Source of the DNA: Camelus dromedarius
Taxonomy: Eukaryota
NCBI RefSeq assembly: GCF_036321535.1
Contig: NC_087436.1
Location: 120,840,001 to 120,904,000 of the forward strand
Reading direction: 5' to 3'
DNA length: 64,000 nt
Part shown: one piece after another, positions 12,752 through 25,129 of the stretch
Numbering within the stretch: the stretch's first letter is position 1
How the letters are laid out: each line of letters begins with the position of its first letter
Notes under the pieces: generated by a model
What the model was told of the DNA's origin: nothing
Database searches by the model: none
The model's input: the letters and a program-made list of their open reading frames with translations, nothing else
Made by a program: the position numbers and the translations under genes

Positions 12752-13759
12752 GGCTGGACAGACAGACACATGCCTGCAGGAATGAGTGGTGACACGGGGT
12801 CTGGATTCTCCCAGGGCCCAGGGTGGCCAGCCAGGCAGGTCAGGCCCAACGGGGCCACTAAGCAACACAGCGGGGCTGTTCCCGCCCAGTGCCTGCCTTC
12901 CCTGTGTGTCCAGGGGCTGCCGAGCCCAGGGAGGGGAGAGCGTGGGGATGCGCTTGCCACGGGCGTGGGCGAGGAGGCCCGAGGCACTCCTGAGAGGCTG
13001 AGCCCAGCTCCGGACTGAGGTCTCAAGCAGTTACAGCGAGCAGCCGTCCAGGAGGGCAGGACTCCGGCTGGGGGGGGGGCTGCACCATCTGGCCATACGT
13101 GAGGGGCAGGCCCCCCGCTACCTGCCCCAGGAGGGTTCTGGGCGCAGACTAGTGGCCTTAGCCAGCCCCTTGGCCTGTTTCCTACCTGGGGCCCTGCCCT
13201 GCAGGGCACGCGCTGCATCCCACGCCGGGTTGGGGGGGTTCCAAGGACGGCGAGGTGCTGCATCCTGGCTGGGTGCCCCGCTGGGAGGAGTGGGGTGGGA
13301 TTAGAACCCCCGCCTGTTTGTTCTTCTCACACCCATGCGGCCCCCTCTTTCTCAGAGGAATCTGGCTCAGGCTCTGTGCACCGGATGCTTCTGCCAGGAC
13401 ACAGGACGCCTCTGCCCCTGGCCCCCCCGTGGCAGACACGCAGCCCTCCAGCGTTCCCGGTCCCCTGGGCAGCAGGGGATGGGCATGGCTTAGAGGGTCA
13501 GGACCCCTCCCCTCCCTGTCTGACCCAGTCACTCTGGGTGGGGCACCTGGACGGGCACGGAGGGTGACTTGCATCTTGTGAGCGTTAATGTTCTGCCAAC
13601 CGACCCTGGCCAGTTCACTGAGTGAAGTGACACAGGTCTGGCCGGGCTGCGGTCAGCGGCTGACACACAGCTTGTGGGGAGGACTAGCTCCCGGCCTCCG
13701 TAGAAGGTGGGATGGGACCCGGGGAGGCTCTGAAGGGTCCAGAGCTGCAAGGACTTGAA

Positions 13760-14480
13760 GATAGATGCTCAAACACTTGGAAGAGGCAGGATCATAAACG
13801 AGATGGGAGGGCTTTCTTCAGAAAGTTGGTAAAGCTCAAATGCCCTCTTTAAACTCTAATCTGCAAAGACAGTTTGGAGCGATTCAATAAAACAAGTGAG
13901 AAATTGCAGATTCCCGGTTTGGATTGACATCAAAGGGGCCTTGTTGTCAACTTTAAATTTATCCCTTAAGGAACCAGGGAAAAAACTCAGATAAGACGCC
14001 GGAATGTGAAATAAGGGCCACGAGGCCGGCAGGGGAGCCAGCAGAGGCTGCGGAGGAGCCGAGGAGCCGCATGCTGGGGACTAATTCAGCTAAGAATGGG
14101 GATGGGCGGAGGGTGTAGCTCAGGGGCACAGCATGTGCTTAGATGCACAAGGTCCTGGGTTCAATCCCCAGTACCTCCATTAAAAAATACATAAATAAAT
14201 AAACCGAATTACCTCCACCCCCTCCCAAAATCCCCAAAACAACAACAACAAAAAAAGAATGAGGATGAAAGATGTGAACGTCCTGGAAGAAACTCAGCGA
14301 TGTTTTGGTGGCGTCACTAGTAATGAGTTGTGAAACCACAAACAAAACAACAAGAGAACTTTTCTAAGCCAGCAATGATCAAAAACACATTTAAATCAGT
14401 GTTTCCGGCGTCTCCAGAGAACATGAGACGGCAGGACTGTCACGAGAAGAGGCAGCAGCGTCTCTGAGAACGTCTGAGAA
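13760..14480 (+). mobile_element. Very old L1 relic flanking the SINE
   Basis: A-rich, diverged L1-like sequence on both sides of the SINE; family not resolvable. Confidence 0.35.
14105..14254 (+). mobile_element. tRNA-derived SINE, camelid (Vic-1-like)
   Basis: Pol III A box TAGCTCAGGGG (14116-14126), B box GGTTCAATCC (14158-14167), body cagtacctccattaaaaaatacataaataaataaaccgaattacctcc, A-rich tail. 13-bp TSD aagaatggggatg (14092-14104) / aagaatgaggatg (14255-14267). Family assignment from recalled consensus. Confidence 0.88.
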
Positions 14481-15239
14481 GGTAATGCCGCAGGGCAGGT
14501 AGTGAAGAGCATGCTCTTTTCCGGAATTTTTTAAGCGCCCGTGGTATTTGTCAATTTAAGAAAAAGGATAGCATTATGCGATTCGATTCATAACTTGATG
14601 TTTAACTTTGTCCTTATTTTTGCTTTCATAATCTTGCGTCTTGTTCCTTAAGGAGGCCCCAGGATTGCGTCTGGGCCAGGCCTACGGTTTGTGGTCCCAC
14701 CTCCTCCCCATGGGTGTTTGTGGAGCTGAGACGGACGCTCTGCAGGGAACGGGACTCAGATGCTCACCTTAGACACCTACTGCTATCAATTATGATTTTT
14801 TTTTCAGTTGACTAGACCCGACTGCCACGCCGTGCCCCGGGCTGGGGATCAGGGGCGCCGGGCCCCGGGAGGTGACCCTCCCTGTAGCACCGCCACCTTC
14901 CTCCACATTTGAGTAGGTGTAATCCTCCGTCACGCGGCACCAGGGAACCCCAATGTCAGGGACAATGACCCCCAGCCCCCGCCAGTCCCGCCCAGGTCCT
15001 GCTCCAGCCTCACCCTGCAGAGGTGAGGATAGAATGCTGGCGGAGGAGGTGACATCGGGGCCGCTGCAGAGTGTGAGCTGGCGGTGGGCAGCGACCCCTG
15101 GCTGCTGAGCAGTGACTGCGTGGGGACGAGTGTCCATGACCGTCCGGCCCGCCGGGCCCTCCTGCCCCAGCTGTGCCACACTCTTGCTCACCAAGTACCT
15201 CCCTCAAGGCACATGGGGGACAAGGCCCTGCTCCCAGAG

Positions 15240-15667
15240 CGTCACCTGACAATGGCCCCTCAGAGACAGCCACGTTCTATGCCTGGACCCTGCAAATGTG
15301 GCCTTATTTAAAACAAACAAACCTCGTGGACAGGATTAGGTTAAGGACCTTGAGATGGAGACAGTGTCCTGGGCTCTGAGAGAGGCCAGATTGTCCATAG
15401 GACAGCGGCAGAGAGAGATTACAGACAGGCAGGCGTGGAGAAGCCACATGAAGACAGAGGCAGAGACTGGAGCCCAGGACCGCTGGCAGCCACCAGGAGC
15501 TGAAAGTTCAGGGAGCAGGTCCCCCCTAGAGCCTCTCGAGGGAACAAGAGCCCCTGATGCCTTGGTGCTGACTTCTGGCCCCCTAGACTGTGGGAGAATG
15601 AATTTCTGTTGTTTTAAGCCCCCGGTTTGTGGTACTTTGTCACAGCAGCCTCAGGACACGAAGGGCA
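15240..15667 (+). mobile_element. MLT1D-like MaLR LTR
   Basis: aatggcccctcagaga, ttaaggaccttgagatgg, gaagacagaggcagagactggag, cagccaccaggagctg, gagaatgaatttctgttgttttaagcc...tttgtggtactttgtcacagcagcc. Confidence 0.88.
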
Positions 15668-15699
15668 AAAGGCACATTGCCCACCTGTCCTCAAACACA

Positions 15700-16020
15700 T
15701 CAGGAGGCTCCTGCCCCCGGGCCTTTGCACTGGTCATGCCCTGTGCTGGGACACTCTGCTCTCCCCCTCCTGTCCCTAAGGCTTTGTGCAAACGTCCCTC
15801 TCCCCCATTACCTTATTTAAAATGTCAGCTTCTTCCTCCCCACACCTGCCCCATTTTGTTTCCCTCCAGCACCTGCCTTCACGTAGCGCGATCTGCTGAC
15901 GTTCGTGGCCACTTGCTGCCTGGTTCACCCCCACCAGCTGCTTGCACGAGGGCAGGACTCAGCCTGGTGGGGGGGCGGGGAAAGAGGGGCTCAGTAAGCA
16001 TTTGTTATATGAACCAAGTT
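15700..16020 (+). mobile_element. L2 3' end
   Basis: gggcctttgcactgg, cttgcacgagggcaggact, gctcagtaagcatttgttatatgaa. Confidence 0.65.
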
Positions 16021-16816
16021 GGAAAAGGAGGTCCCCTTGCCTGGAGGGAGGCTGCATCACGGAAGGGAGGGTGCACCCCTCGGGAGGGAAGCGGTGCGTG
16101 GTTACCTGCAGGATCTGCATGGGCTTTAGACCCCAGGACTGGAGCGCGGCTCTGCCCTGCTTCCCGGCATCAGTGTCCTGACCTCGCCAGTTTCCTCCTT
16201 GAGGGACACCACCCTTGCTCAGCTGCGGTGGGTCAGCAGCGATGAGCCCATGGAAGGGTTTGGTAAGCCGTAGTATCGCCATGACTAGGATCCTGGGAGC
16301 CTCGCCAGCCCCTGCAGGCAGCCCTCCCAACTCGGGCCCCTCTGGGGGCATCTGTTCCCCATTATACTGGGGGGCTGACAGGGAGTATGGATGTAGCCCC
16401 GTGATCTCACCACGGGAGGGTGGAGGCTGGCGGCTACTCAAGAGCCCAGAGCCAGCTGCCCCGTGCCGGTTGGGGGGGGCGCCTGGGGGGCTGGCGGGAA
16501 CGCAACTAGGCCGCCAGCCGTGGCCACCCCGCCCACAGACTGAAGCAATCATCATTCCTGGGATTTTTGTAACACCTGGCCTGGGACCCGCCTGCCTCCC
16601 CCTCCTCCCTCCCCACCTCCCGGAGCTCCCCCTGCCCACTGGGCTGGCCCACCGGCCTGGCTGGGGGACCCATGGCCTCCCGTCTGGGAACCTCTGATCC
16701 GGGGACCGGAGGCCACAGAGCGAGGGCTTCACCCCATGCCCTCTCTCGGGAACTAAACTTTCTCTTCTGTAAAGTAGAAAAAGTGCCTCCTGCCAACCTC
16801 GGAAGCAGGGCTGAGT

Positions 16817-16863
16817 CTCCTTTGGGAGACGTGACCATCAGGGCTCCTTTGGGAGATGTGACC
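16817..16863. repeat. 20-bp direct repeat, 27-bp period
   Basis: ctcctttgggagacgtgacc / ctcctttgggagatgtgacc. Confidence 0.85.
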
Positions 16864-17449
16864 TGCGGGAGCTGAGAGCCAGACCCCATGCAACTGCTCC
16901 TCAGCCTCCCCCACCCCCAGCCCCCAGCTCTCGCTTCCGTGACCCCTCGGCGCTTCCCACTGTATTCCCAGTGGATGGCTGAGCAGACTCAGCTCGCATA
17001 CCTCTGGGGGTGGTGAGCTCACTACCTCATGGGGCGGCCCTTCTCACACTCGGTCAGCACTGACTTATCTGCCTCTCTAGAGCATCCACGTACGGTTCCA
17101 GCTGTGTCCCTGACGTGCTTGGGCCTCCCTGCCCCCGTGGCAGCCCTTCAGATGAGTGACAGCAGTGACCCCATCCCCCGGACCTCCTTTCCTTGGTCCC
17201 TCTGGTGACAGGTTGCCGTGGCCTCTTCACCATCACCACCCCCTGGCTGTGCTCGGGTTCCTCAGAAGATGCCGCTGGAAAAAGCAGAACAAAATTAAAT
17301 ACTTCCCATAGCAAGTTATGCAAAGACACAGAGATGTCCTGGACCCTTCCTGGTGGAGTCATCCAGTGCATCAGAATATTCTGGAATCCCAGGAATGAAT
17401 GACAGCGTGACCAGTGCAGTCCCCTTGGGGTCTGGATCTGGACCATGTA

Positions 17450-17560
17450 CCTTCATTCATTCATTCATGCATGAATTGCCCTTGCAACACATGTTACTAG
17501 GTCTCGTCTAAGAGCCAGGCAGCTGCCTGTTGGGAGTGTGTCTGGTGGACAAAATGCCGC
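17450..17560 (-). mobile_element. L2 3' tail
   Basis: (ttca)n tail followed by caacacatgttactaggtctcgtctaagagccaggc. Confidence 0.55.
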
Positions 17561-18000
17561 GGGGACACCCGAAGCCAGCTGCGTTCTTCGTGGGGCATTG
17601 TTTTCTCAGCTGAGTTGGGTAGGTCTGAGCAGTAAACACCATGAAAAAGTCATTTTTCACTTTCTCGGCACACTTGTCATCTGAATTAGGATTGTAAGTG
17701 GTTTGCTGAACTCGCACTGAGCAAAGGGGAACAGAACTCAAAAAGCCACACGCACGGGCCACGTAGAGTCCTCTCCCTTTCTCTCTGCCGTTTTACCCCC
17801 AAAGGAAATCCACCATCCACAGCACAGAATTTACCAAGCTTTCTTGCCAAACCTTTGCTCCTAACTCACTCGGGGTGCGTCCTGGGGCCTCCATCTCCAG
17901 CCCCTGACAGTGGTGGCCACGGAAAATCCACAGGTCCCACTTACACATCAGCCCCCGGAGAGAAGCGCCTGCCAAGGGGTCAGGCGCGTGTGGCTCTGCC

Positions 18001-18105
18001 TGCGATGGGCTGAACTGCACCCCCCAGATCTGAGTCCCAAGACCTCAGAATGCCACCTTCATGGAGATGGGGTCATTGCAGATGGAACGAGTCAGGTGAA
18101 GGCAC
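18001..18105 (+). mobile_element. MLT1 5' fragment
   Basis: tgcgatgggctgaactgcacccccc...acctcagaatg...atggagatggggtcattgcagatg. Confidence 0.65.
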
Positions 18106-21100
18106 GTTTAATGGTCCTGCGGAGGGTCTGCTGGGCTGAACGTGGCGGCGCCTCACTCGGGGCACGTGCAAGGGTGCAGAGGGCTGCTGCTGTCCCTCCG
18201 GGGTGGGGGCACCTCAGGGCACACGTGCAGGGTCGGCGAGGTTATTGTTAGAAATCCAGCCTCGTGGGAGGAGTGGACGGCCGGAGAGGGGCAGACGAAA
18301 CCCGTCTCAGCACAGGGGAACCCAAGGCGCGTCCCTCCCCCAACGGGGCGGAGCTGCTCCAGACGCTTCTCTCAGAAGGCAGGTGCCCCCGGTCCCGCTC
18401 CAAACCTGGGAGCTTGGGGGCTGGGGGGCCCTCTTGGCCTCCAGCCCACCGAGGGCCCCCGTGCTGCCCCCACCGGCTCCCCCTCAACACAGACTCCCGG
18501 CCCCAGAGGATCTCTCGTCTGCCTCTCAGCTTTCCAAGGGCCGGTTCCCGAGCCACCTCCGGGAACTCGGCCCAGGGCACCGGCAGTCTGAGGTCTACCT
18601 CGTCCTGCGCATCTCAACGCCTGCTCCCCCTCCCCCCAGCGGGGTTCCAGGCCCTCTGGCCCCATCTCTGCCCTCCCCCCATTTCACAGTCCCTGACTTT
18701 CTCAGGTGGGACACTGGGGCCACGGAAGAGGGCAGGCCATGGGCAGACCCCCAGCAGCCATTGTTTGTAACAAAACAGCCTCTATGTTTGTCTCCGAGAT
18801 GAATTGTTTTCACATGGAGTTTGATGAAAACCAGGCCTCATCTCACTTGACATCCACTGAAGGACTGTCCAGGAAAGGGGGCAGACTGGGAATCCCAGGA
18901 GAGTTGGGAAGTGGGAGGCAGGGCGGTCCTGTGGTCGGCGCCCGGCATCCAGGACCAGACTAGGGTGTAAATCTGGAGCTCCCTGGCCGTGGGACCCAGG
19001 GCGTGCCACTGTGACCGTCGGGGCCTCAGTCTCCTGCCTCTGCACGATGAGGACACAGTGTGGGGCTGGGTGAGCTGGTGCGGGGCCGCACAGCCACGTG
19101 CCCGGACAGGCGGAGCTGCACCCACCGGCGGCGTCTCAGAGGTGTCGGGGTGCGAGGATGGAGGGCGGAGGGACAGGCAGGGGGTGGCCGGAGCCATGTC
19201 ACCGCTACAGAGGCTCTTCCTTTGTGTCCTGCAGGACCCGAGAGCCCATGGGCAGACTAACAACGGTGGCCACGCCCATGGTTGTGGCTTCCATCCCTTG
19301 GGGCCATTAGTTAGGCCCCTGCCGTGCACTGGCAACTCGAGGACGCTGAGGTGGGGACCCGTGGGAGTGACAGGGACGCAGACCCTGGCAAAAGCCCAGC
19401 CAGGGAAGTCAGTGCTGGAGGAGGACAAGCTGGTCGGGGTCCAGAACGAAGGCTTCACGGCTGCCGATCGCCGATCGGGGGGACTTAGACGGGCAAGGTG
19501 GGGGAACATGGTGGGAGGGGACGGGGCGGAGTGGGGTGGGGGCGGCTGGTACGGAGACAGCATGCAGAGCTGTTGGGGACACAGCCTTCCACGCGGGGCT
19601 GCAGTCTGGGGGGCACCTGGCTGCTGTCAGGCTCCCAGTTGGATGATGCGGGGCAGCTGGACTCTGGACACCGCAGGTGCTCCGGTCAGCTGAGGGCTGG
19701 CTCCACACCAAGTGCCCAGCAGTCGGCCCACGGACGAGGCCACGGGCCGAGGGGATGCCTTCGAGCTTCTCAGGATGGAGGCTGGCCTGCCCCCTCCCAG
19801 ATACACCCCCAGCTCACTGGCCCCTGCAGCCCGGACCCTCGACCCTCGGCTGCACTGCTGCCCTGATGTCCTCCCAACCCCCTCTTTCAGCCCAGGATGT
19901 GCCCCCCACCCCCCTGTCTGGGCCCAGCGCAGGCACAGGGCAGCCCATGAGGAGAGCCCAGTTCCCTGAGCCCTGGACCCAGAGAGCTGTGGCCGCAGAG
20001 GGCAGGGGGCAGGGCGCTAGCCGTCCTCTGGCAGGAGTTGGAGCACCCTCTGCCCCGTCCCCTCCAGCCGGGAAGGTGGGTGCCCTGCTCCTGGGAGGTG
20101 TGAGCTGCAGCCCTGGGAGCCAGCGCCCCTCCCAAGCCCGTGTGTGTGCCCCAGCCCTGCACAAGCCCGCCTCCCCTGCTGGGGCTTTTAGGGAAAGATG
20201 AAAAATCACGGCAGCGCTTCCTGGTCTGGGGGCAGGCAGCTCAGTCCAGCATTAATCTTCCTGCCTCCAAGTCTCTGGGTCCGACACTTCATGAAGGAAA
20301 TGGGTGGTTAACGTGGCCATTTGTGCAGGCGCTTTTGGCCACAGAGGCTCTGGCCTGGACCGACTGGCTGGAGGACGTCCAGGCCCCTGGACACCTGTGG
20401 GTCTCCTGGAGGTTCCTGCAGGTGCGGGAGCGGCAGGCCGGCAGAACCCTGGCATTTGGGTGGGGTGATGGAGAGTGACCTTGAAGGGGGCCCCAGGGCT
20501 GTCCTCTGAGCCCCCAGGTCCCTACCATCCAAGCCTGGGCAGAGGTCAGAGGTCACACGCAGAGAGAAAGCCAAGGGACACCTTCCAGGATTTGCTGGGA
20601 ACGCCACACGCATGTCCTGTTCACCGCACTTCACAGTGTACTGAGCCTGGGGAGCAGGGTCATCTTCCTGCATCTGGGAAGCTGGGTTCCGGGGACATCT
20701 GTCCAGGCCGTATGGTGAAGCCGGTCCTTTTCCCATGACCTCCAGGGTCAAAGCTGGCAGGGACCACACCTGTATCTGGCAGCTCTCTGGTCCATGCTGA
20801 GAAGTCCGACAATACCACTCGTTCATGCACACCTGCATTCACCCATCCCCAGCTCAGGGTCACCAGCTCAGCTTCCGTGAGCCTCGTGTCCCGTCCTGTG
20901 AAAGAGAGCATGTGGTTCCAGGCTCACGTTTGCCGTGAAGGTCAGGTTGGTCAGTGCCTAAAGGACTCCAGCCTCTCCAGGACACAGCCGGTGCTCAGGG
21001 AGGGAAGGCCAGTGCATCACAGGGTCCCCCCGCCACCACTGCCTAAGGCCCAGAGCCCTCGGGACCCCTGCCCAGCCAGGCCTGGGCTCTGGACTGGGCA

Positions 21101-21748
21101 TCGCTCACCCTCCAGGGGAGCAGCAGAGAATGGGGAGGGATGGGGGGCTGGGAGGCTGGATGCCTGCCTGGGTCACAGGGCTGGGGACCCACATCACAGG
21201 TACCAGGGGAACGGAGGCTGGATGGAGGGAGAGACCCACAGACAGACCTGGAGACAGAAAGACAGAGACTGTAAGAGAGGAGGGGAGGGGAGAGGGTGAA
21301 GTTCTTCGGGGGGTGGGGTGATGATGCCTGCCCTAATCTGCCCCTCCCCCAGCCCCTTAGAGCCTGGGTCCCCCGACCCTGACCTGATGGCTTGAGGAGA
21401 CGATCTGCCCCAGGAGGGCTGCACCTGCCCAGCCCTGCGGGAGCCTCGGAGCACACACCGCCACCTGCTGCAGTGCTCGTGGGGACAATGCCCAGAGCAT
21501 GTGCCTGGCCCCAGGCCCCAGGGCCTCAGTGGGGAATCTGGGGCAGGATGGCATCTGAGGCCCAATGGTGCCACCTCGTGGCCACCCCCCACATTGCAGC
21601 CACTAGGCCACCCCCGAGGTGGGGAGATCCCCCTGCTTGCAGCTGAGGCTCAGAGCCCACGCTGGGATACCCCGCCCCAACACTCACACACCCCCAAGGT
21701 GGGGTCTCTGGGCCGGGGGTGGGGTCTGCACCTGCGACGATCGCCAGT

Positions 21749-21923
21749 CAGGGCTGGCAAACAATAAACACAGGAGGCCAGCTAGATGCGAGTTCCAGGT
21801 GAACGAGGACTACCCCCTCGATTGCGTCCTAAATATTAAGGACGGCGCCTCTGCTAAAATTGCTCCTTCTTTACCTGAAGTTCACCTGTAACTGGGCCTC
21901 CTGTGGTTTTTCCGGCAACTCCA
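21749..21923. mobile_element. MER53-like palindromic hAT MITE (GC-shifted)
   Basis: Left arm cagggctggcaaac..acaggaggccagctagatgcgagttccaggtgaac and right arm tttacctgaagttcacctgtaactgggcctcctgt..ggcaactcca form imperfect inverted repeats matching the recalled MER53 consensus. Confidence 0.75.
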
Positions 21924-22074
21924 GCCCCGAGAACTCCTACGCCGACAAAGATCTCCTGCCGTGGGGTAAACACCACTGGGGCTTTGGGATTAGGGACAGT
22001 TCTGATGCCTTCAGAGCAGCCTCGGATGACAGCAGCGCGCCTCCCGCCGCGAGGGCTTCCGGTGCGCCAGGCAC

Positions 22075-22420
22075 TCACGCGCTGTTTCACTCGATCCTCA
22101 CTTGCAGCTCTGCAGGGCGGAGCCTTCATCGTTGATGCCGCAGACGGGGAACCCGAGGCTGAGGCCGGTGAAAGGCCTTGGCCTCAGCTACGCCCCAGGG
22201 CCCCCGTCACGGGGCCAGCGCGGCTTAGACTGACGTCTCCGGCCCAGAGAGGTGGGGGACCGGGGCAGGTCACACAGCAGCATCAGAGGCCGGGGCGGGG
22301 CATGGAAGGGACGCTCCCCAGGGAGGGCGGGGACATGCCCATCGTTCAGCGAGGACAGGGCAGAGAGGTGTGGAGACTCGCTGAGGCCACGCAGCTTGTG
22401 GACAAGGCACGGCCTCCGCC
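22075..22420 (-). mobile_element. Two GC-shifted MIR relics
   Basis: tcactcgatcctcac..gcagacggggaacccgaggctgaggccggtgaa and cccatcgttcagcgaggacagggcagagaggtgtggagactcgctgaggccacgcagct. Confidence 0.55.
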
Positions 22421-23159
22421 CAGCTCCTCTGAGAGCCCCCGCGCTCGCACCCACGTGGGCCTGAGAAGTCACAGCCTGGAGGCCCTAGGAAGCAGGCCGA
22501 CTCCAGCAGGGAAGACGTCCTTGGGGCGCAGCGTGCAGAGAGCTGCCGCCAGGACGAGGCCCCGGCTGTGAGCCGGGCTCCCAGGGCGTGGGGAGAGGCC
22601 TTCTGGGGCGTCAGCCCCTCCTTCCTCCCCCTGACAGGCTTCCATCCTTTCTTCTGTCCAGCGAGGGCTGGGGGGGCACCTACTGTTCCAGCTGCCTGTC
22701 CTCCAGGCAGGTTCGAAACAGCCTCTGGCGGTGGGACCGGCCGCTAATGGAGGTCCCGGGCCTCTGAGGAGGGAGGGGGCCCTACCGCGGCAGGGAGCCA
22801 GGGAAGACACGGGCTGATGTGCCTCCTGGGGGCAGTCCACCAGGCACCCCGGAGAAGAGCTCCCAGGCAGCGGGCACAGCAGGTGCAAAGGCCTGGGGGT
22901 AGGACAGCTTGGGGTCCTGCAGAGGGCAGCCGAGTGTGCTTGATCGGAGACACAGTGGGAGAGGCGGGTCCGAGGGGCCGGCGTGTCGTCTCTGAGCCCA
23001 CCTGGGGCAGCAGGCAGGGGGCCGATCCCACCTATTTACAGGCAGAAATGTGGAGAACTGGCGAAGGTGCTGCTGGAAGAGTCTGAGCGCCGGAGTGGGG
23101 GCCCGGCCCGCGCAGGGGCGGGGGGGCCGAGCTCTGTCTGGAAGACCGCCAGGCGCTTC

Positions 23160-23620
23160 TCATGGGTGGCTTGCAGCTGCCCTTACAGGCTGTGCATTTC
23201 CCACGTCACATTTGAGACGCTCCTCAGACAGGCCCCACGTGCAGGCGTCGGGGGTCAGTTGGATTCAGCAGGCGGAAGGTGGGGCGAGGTCCAGCAGGGC
23301 TGCCTCCCTCCAGAGGCTCCAGGGGAGGGTCCTGCCCCCTTCTTCTAACTCCCGGTGGCCCCAGGCGTCCTTGTGGCCAGATCACCCCAACCTCCACCTC
23401 CATCTTCACATGGCCTCCTCCCCGTGTCTGTCTCCTCTCCTCTGTCTCATAAGGATGCCAGTCCCTGAATTTAGGGCCACCCGGATAAATCTTGAGATTA
23501 TCTCCTCATCTCAAGGTCCCTAACCTACATCTGCAAGGACCCTTTTCCAGACAAGCTCACAGTCATGCTCCCTGGGGTGAGGGTGTGGACACACTTTACA
23601 GAGGCCTCAGAGGCTCCGTT
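23160..23620 (-). mobile_element. MLT1C-like MaLR LTR
   Basis: cagcagggctgcctccctccagaggctccagggga, ctccatcttcacatggcc, cataaggatgccagtc, tttagggccacccggataa, acatctgcaaggacccttttcca. Confidence 0.85.
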
Positions 23621-24894
23621 CACTCCGCCGAAGCCCCTAATTCACGCACCTGCTCCCTTTCGGCCCCGAGTCCCTCTCGGTCTCCTCCTTCCCAGACGTT
23701 CTCTAAGTGTCCCATGAGGTACTCGCTGCTGGGGCTGCTCAGAGGAGCCAGACCCCCCTCTTCCTGCCCTCCCTCCCTCCCTTCCTTCCACTAAAGCATA
23801 TTGTGCTCTTACTGTGTGCTGAGCCCCATCCTGGGGGCTTGTCCTGAAAGAAAGAAGACATCTCACTCCCTCGGGGTCCCCCTAAAAGCAGGCACCAAGG
23901 CGGGATTGGATGTGCTTTCCTGGAGAGCCCTTGCTGAGGACAGGCCTGGTCCTCCATGCAGGCACGGGGGTGAGGCGGAAGCAGGGACTCAAGACTCCAG
24001 CTCCAGGCCGGCAGGTGGATGGTGGGGGTCCAGCACCGAGCCCAAGTCACAGCCAGAGGAGCCCCACCCCCAGGGGCCCCGGGCTGAGTCAGCGGACAGC
24101 CTGTCCTGGGCGTGAACTGGCAGAACAGATCCCAGGGGCACATGCTCATGGCCCAGAGCAGGGGCAGAGGTCCATCCTGGCCCATGTGGAACATTTGAGA
24201 CTATCGTCCAACATGGAGACCCTGAGGTGGGGGCTGGATCTCATTCTCCCTTCAAACAGCGTCAGCGACTCACACGCTGCGACGAGGGGCACACGCGACA
24301 GGTCTGCTGCGTCCACCCCCAGAGCTCCCTCCTGCCCTGCCCAGGGAGCCCTGGGGTCTCCAGGCCCTGACCCTGCTGGTGGAGCAGGTGTACAGCTCAG
24401 CAGCCACCCCAAGTGGTCTCAGTGGACCAGGGCCCTCAGAGTCCTCGGTCTCCCTGTCTGTGAAATGGACTCGCTCTCCCCGACACTCGGAATTCTGGGG
24501 GGCGGAGTACGCAGTGGTCATTCTGTGACCCGTTTTACGTTGTCGTGAGGTGTGAGTCCACCAGGCAGAGGTGCTGGCGAGTTCTGGTAACTGCGTCCCT
24601 CGGAGGCAACTGTTTCTCATCACTGTCCCCTCCACCCCTTGTCCACGCTCAGAGCATAAACCTGAAGCCTGAAGCTTTATCTGACCCAGAGGGCCGTTGG
24701 TGAACTGCTTGGTCAACTGCAAGCTGGGCTGAGAAACAGAAGACTTCTAGCCTCTAAGGAACCCTGCTGGGGGCAGGGGCAGCCCGTCTCTCGGGAGAAG
24801 GACTCTGGGCTGCAGCCAGAGCTGTCCTGCCTACTGGCCCCTGCGTGGCCTCAGTGGGCATCATGAGACCCCGTGGTTGCCACCGCTCCAGCCT

Positions 24895-25000
24895 AGGCCT
24901 TGTCATCCCATTTTGTAGGAAAAGGAAATGAGGCCCAGAGATGCTGAGCCATCTGCCCGAGGCCACACAGCCAGATCCAAGCCCAGGTCTGTCCAAATCA
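24895..25000 (-). mobile_element. MIR
   Basis: atcccattttgtaggaaaaggaaatgaggcccagaga...ctgcccgaggccacacagc. Confidence 0.65.
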
Positions 25001-25110
25001 CAGTCAGCTCTTTCCCTCAAGAAACCCCACCCGACTTCACCTCCCCTCCCAGTCTCCCCTCCTTGACCCCCAGCTTCTCCAGCGAAAGTAGGTCCCACCT
25101 CTTTGGCAAA

Positions 25111-25129
25111 TGGCCGGCAGGTGGCGGCA
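25111..25129 (+). promoter_or_regulatory. Candidate CTCF site
   Basis: TGGCCGGCAGGTGGCGGCA, near-consensus CTCF motif; motif match only. Confidence 0.45.

Noticed and set aside
14105..14180. tRNA gene
   Set aside because: A/B boxes are present, but the acceptor stem is not complementary and a SINE body, A-rich tail and TSD follow.
15355..16245. 296-aa ORF
   Set aside because: Runs through an MLT1D LTR and an L2 tail; no coding signature.
19500..19545. G-quadruplex-like G-runs (also near 25250 and 53355)
   Set aside because: Ubiquitous at this GC content; no specific context makes them informative.
20329..20421. 93-nt frame-preserving AG..GT segment encoding ALLATEALAWTDWLEDVQAPGHLWVSWRFLQ
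   Set aside because: Peptide not recognised, acceptor weak, no partner exons; needs RNA-seq or tBLASTn support.
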